Source: Narcine bancroftii
Taxonomy: Eukaryota
Direction of reading: 5' to 3'
DNA length: 64,000 nucleotides
Assembly (NCBI RefSeq): GCF_036971445.1
Contig: NC_091469.1
Coordinates: 26,474,001-26,538,000 of the forward strand
Positions 59,676 to 64,000 of the stretch are shown here, piece by piece. Positions within the stretch are counted from its first letter, which is position 1, and the number at the start of each line of letters is the position of its first letter. The notes beneath the pieces are model-generated. The model made no database searches and had not been told where the DNA came from. It saw only the letters and a program-made list of their open reading frames with translations. Made by a program: the position numbers and the translations under genes.

Positions 59676-61462
59676 GCTCTTCTCTCACACTTTATTAGTA
59701 AAACATCACAAGGATTCTTCAGAGCAATGTTATGGGAGATAATAGGACAGACTGCAAATGGTTGATGAATTAAGCGGCCCATTCTTGGACCCCTTCCCCC
59801 CCCCCCTCATTTTTAGTTTAAAGTTGGGTCTATATCCCTATTTAGGTGATTTGCCAGATCACTGGCCCCAGCCTCGTTCAGGCGAGGCACATTCCAGCAG
59901 AACATCTCCTTCCCTTCCCAATACTGCTGGTCACAACCTATGAACCAAAGCCCGTTCCTACTATTCCACACCGTGCACTATGTATTTCCCTCTCAGAAGA
60001 CCTATTTACCAATTGGCACAAGGCTCGAATAGTGATCCATGGATTATCACCCTTATGGCTCCAGTTTTTAATTTTGTTTCAAGATCGTCATAATCTCTCA
60101 TCAAAACCTCCTTCCTTGTCCTACCTATATGGCGTGAGCCACACCTGACACTCCACCCTGGCCACCTAGACACTGAGTTATTTTATCTGGAAAATGGAAA
60201 GCTGAGATATCTCATTGAGGTCCCTGAGATCATGAAATCCTATTGGATATAATCATGACTACCTTAACTATTTCTGTCCTTAACTATTTCTTTAGATATT
60301 TTAACTATAACTATCAAAATAATGGACAGTACTTTGCTCACTATTTCATGAGGCCAAATAAAACTATTGTGCTACTTCTAGTGACATGCATTCACATTGT
60401 AGAATCCCCACCCCAGTCTCCCCTTGTCCTAATGTATAAACATGTATTCACCTCAATAAATAAATGAGTGCCTACAGCCACCTTGCATACAAAATCTCAG
60501 GGAGTTTCAACTCATCTGCCTAAAGGGATTTCTCCTCATTTCCTCACCTTAGTAGCTGATCCCATATACTGAGATGGTACAACCTCTGAGTATCTACCCA
60601 GTCAATGTCTTTTGGAATCCTCATATCGATCAATGAATTTCTTTGAAAATTTTTGGAGTATAAGCCAGTCTAATCATTCAGCCTTTCCTCACTGGGCAGC
60701 CTTTCAGAGCAAGAGCCCACTTGAGTCACTGATTCCAGTGCAAGTACAACCTCTTATGTTGGGCCAGATCTCATAGGAGCCAGCACATGACACTCTCGTC
60801 TCCCACCAGCCACCATCCAGTACTAGCCCAGCAGCTGCACTGATCTGTTGTGACCATATTTTTCCATGTTACCAGTATTGCTGTGGCCCTTCCATGAACC
60901 AAATAGGCCATTAGCAGGGGAAACTCCTGGCCCATTGTGAGGGCCTTCTGACAGCTTGTGCAGGGAGAGGGCTTTATACTGTTCCTGAATGTGCATGATG
61001 ATCAGAAATTTAAAAATCTAAAATATTTAATTAGAATTTTAAAAAAATCCACTTGAAAGCACAACTAACTGGTGTTAATTAATTTGTTTAACCAATAAAT
61101 TAATATTTACCAGGTAAATGTTACTACTTACATATTCAATAAAGGCCACCAAATCTTTAAAATGAATGGAAATGCCTGAGGTGTACCAATCTTGGCTGAC
61201 ATAAAAATGGGGGCCCAGATGCAAAGTGCATCCCAGGGAAAGCTCAGTAATTTATAAGATGTCCTGGACTCAGTGTTAGGTGCAGGGCTGATACTAGAGG
61301 TCAGATCCCTCTCTGTAACAGAGCTCCTGTACACGCGAATGCAGTATGCAGGAGTGAAAGGTGCTGATCAGTACACTGCATTTCATTATTTTGGCCTTGT
61401 TGGTCCACCATCAGCAACATCCAGCCCCTTCCCTCATTACAGATAGCAGATAAACCTTAATC

Positions 61463-61675
61463 TGTTACAGATTAAAGTTTATTAAAGCTGTCTTATACTC
61501 GCACTGCTGGTGTGGTTATTGTCAGTACAATTTAATAAACTAATATGTACACTAAGAGGTCTTGTCTCTCTGCAAGATGAACCTGGAAGGCTAGACTGTA
61601 GCTCTGGACTGCTTTATATACAAGGTCACTGGGATGACCCCTGGTGACCTAGAGGTGTAATTACATATCACCACA
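61463..61675 (-). mobile_element. Short solo LTR
   Basis: The minus strand reads TGTGGTGA...TATATAAA...AATAAA...TAACA, with flanks AATC/AACC. Confidence 0.55.
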
Positions 61676-61689
61676 AACCTAAAACGCCA

Positions 61690-62215
61690 AATTTGGAATA
61701 TTGTGTGCGGTTTTGGTCACCGAACTACAGGAAGAATATCAATAGGATTGAAAGAGTGCAGAGGATATCAATAAGATTTAAAAGGATGTTACTGGGACTT
61801 GAACTGAGTTTCTGGGGAAGGTTAAAAAATAAGTTTCTGGGGAAGGTTAATAAAGTTAGGACTTTATTCCCTCAAGCGTAGAAGAATGAGGCGAGATTTG
61901 ATAGAGGTGTTCAAAATGATGATGGGTACAGATAGAGTAAATGCAAGCAGGCTTTTTCCACTAAGGCTAGGAGAGATAAAAACCAGAGGACATTGGTTAA
62001 GGGTGAAAGTTTAAAGGGAATATTAGGCAGAACTTCACACAGAGAGTGGTGGGAGTGTGGAATGAGCTGCCAACTGAAGTGGTGAAAGCAGGCTCAGTTT
62101 TGACATTTAAGAAAAATTTGGACAGATATATGGGGGGGAGTGCAGGTCAGTGGAACTAGACAGAATAATAGTTCGACACAGACTTGAAGGGCCAAATGAC
62201 CTGTGCTGTAGTGTT
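61690..62215 (+). mobile_element. CR1 LINE 3' fragment
   Basis: EYCVRFWSPNYRKNINRIERVQR and a CR1-type 3' end similar to 14830-15500. Confidence 0.85.
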
Positions 62216-64000
62216 CTCAGAAAGTATTTATTGTTTAGTTAATATTTATAAATATTTCAAGCTGGCCTATTTCAAAATGAAATAACACGTGGTGTCCCCA
62301 GCTGTCTGGACTGGCTAGTTAGCATGTGTGCAGTCCAAGTGTTGTGTTGCGATATTTCCTGAAAGGATCATGTTGTACAGAATACCAAATGTAAGTCTTA
62401 AATACATGCACAAGTTCCAGCATTGGGTCATGAACCTTTCTTATTGCACAGAACAGAGGGCTCCTGTGGTTACGTTTCAGTTTATTTTTTACTCTCTGCA
62501 GTGCTTACAAGGGAATACAAGTGTAAGATGAGAGGGGTCCTGCATCAGGGAGGGAAGTGAGAGGGCGCAACCATATTTATATCATCTGCATCTGTGAGCC
62601 ATGTTGTCAGCCCCTATCAAAAGTATCTAAATCACTGAAGTATTTTTCCTATGTTTATCAAGTTTAATGAGGTGTGTGTCAACTCCTGTACGAGTTGTGA
62701 AGCAGCAAAAAAGCAACCAAGCTTGCTTGTCACCTCAATTCTAATGGGGGCTGTGGAAACTTCTTCCCTTCAGCTCAGGACTCCCTTGCTGTACATCTCT
62801 CTCCACTCCTCAAAATTGTTCTCTTTTAACCATCTCGGTTACATTTCCTGAAGTGAGACCACTGGGAAGTCCCTTTTAAAGAGTCAGCAGATGAGGCAAA
62901 TGGCCTCTGCTCTATCATTCCCTGAGAGCTGATACTAAAGCTGTGTAAATTAGAGTCAAACGAATCACAGTGTTCACAGCTGTTCATCCATTGGAAAGGC
63001 TCACATAATCAAAACATTAAGAACTTAAGAAACAGAAGCAGGAATATGCGATGTGAACCCTTGAGCCTGCTCTGCTACTCAATATGGTAACACTTGCGCT
63101 CTTACCTTGGTGTTTCTATCTAGAAATCTATTGATCTCCATCTTGGGTCAGTGCCTGAGCCTTCAAAGCCCAAAGTGAGTAGAGAATCCCAAAGGGTCAC
63201 CATTTTCGATGTGAAGAAATGTTATTTTATCTGTGTCCTGAATGTCTGACCCTATTGGTTGAGATTGTGAACCCTGGGCTTGGGCACTTTGGCCAGGAGA
63301 AATATCAACCCACCCACCAAACTCCTCTAGAATGTTATTTTGTTTGAAAATTATTGTTGTTTCTTTCTTTACAGATGCTGTCAAACCTTTAGAGGACATT
63401 CAGCTTGTTTTAGATTTGTCTTCTTCCCCTTTGCCAAAAGTAACAGTCCCAATGTAAGGAGAGTTGATATGGAAAAACAACATCCTGCAGGAAGGCACAT
63501 TTTTAGCTCAGGCAGGAGATCCAATGGATGAATGGGAGCAGCAAACCATCTGCCTTTGGTATACTGAAGACCAGAGATTTGGGCTTGATCTGCATCCTTA
63601 ACCCCAGATGGCCAAAGTAACTCCAGATCCACGATAAATTTAGTTGATGCTCACCTTGCCTCCATCGTCCCTCTTGGGATGTGCAACTACTGTCACTCTT
63701 GTCAGCAATGCCCATATTTAAAGAATGTGTTATTAAAATAACTAGAGCTAGATACTGAAGCCACGTCAGCTAGTCTACATTTATGATGCATTGTCTACAT
63801 CATTAAAATTTAGCACGATTGCAATAATATAAGAAGCATGGTGGCCAATTTGCACATAGCATGATCCTACAGAGAGGAACGTGATAAAGACCAGATCATC
63901 CATATCTGAGTGTTGTTTGAGGGTTAGATATCACAAGGGATCTTATTTAGAAGAGCATTGTTAAATCCTTTGCACATATTTGAAATGACTAGAAAGAGCC

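Noticed and set aside
59396-59782. 128-aa ORF with repeated NYDGNKTRN..CNWISHIS, or a CRISPR-like array
   Set aside because: It is produced by the 57-bp tandem repeat. There are no unique spacers and the context is eukaryotic.
63375-63453. Possible plus-strand exon (tttcttacag| ... |gtaagg)
   Set aside because: No recognisable protein similarity and no partner exons could be identified.

Overview
This is repeat-rich vertebrate genomic DNA, most likely from a cartilaginous fish (shark or ray). That assignment is an inference from V-SINE/HE1-type SINEs, abundant CR1, Penelope, Rex-Babar and L1 elements, and the gene sequences. Three host genes can be read directly. SMIM27 (+) has 2 coding exons and encodes a 45-aa membrane microprotein that the ORF track does not show as a unit. 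NDUFB6 (-) has 4 coding exons and encodes 130 aa. TMEM215 (-) has a single coding exon and encodes 207 aa. A CpG-rich segment at about 19.1-19.5 kb with a minus-strand splice donor is probably the first exon and promoter of TOPORS, by synteny only. The rest is mostly transposons. These include a three-level nest (L1 containing an antisense full-length L1 containing a hAT element) with all three target-site duplications (TSDs) readable, a CsRn1-clade Gypsy provirus in NDUFB6 intron 3, a pogo fossil, stacked hAT MITEs, several solo LTRs, young RTE copies, and Penelope fragments with hammerhead-ribozyme-like cores. A 41-bp G-rich minisatellite fills most of NDUFB6 intron 1. I found no clearly new multi-gene system; the best leads are listed as findings.
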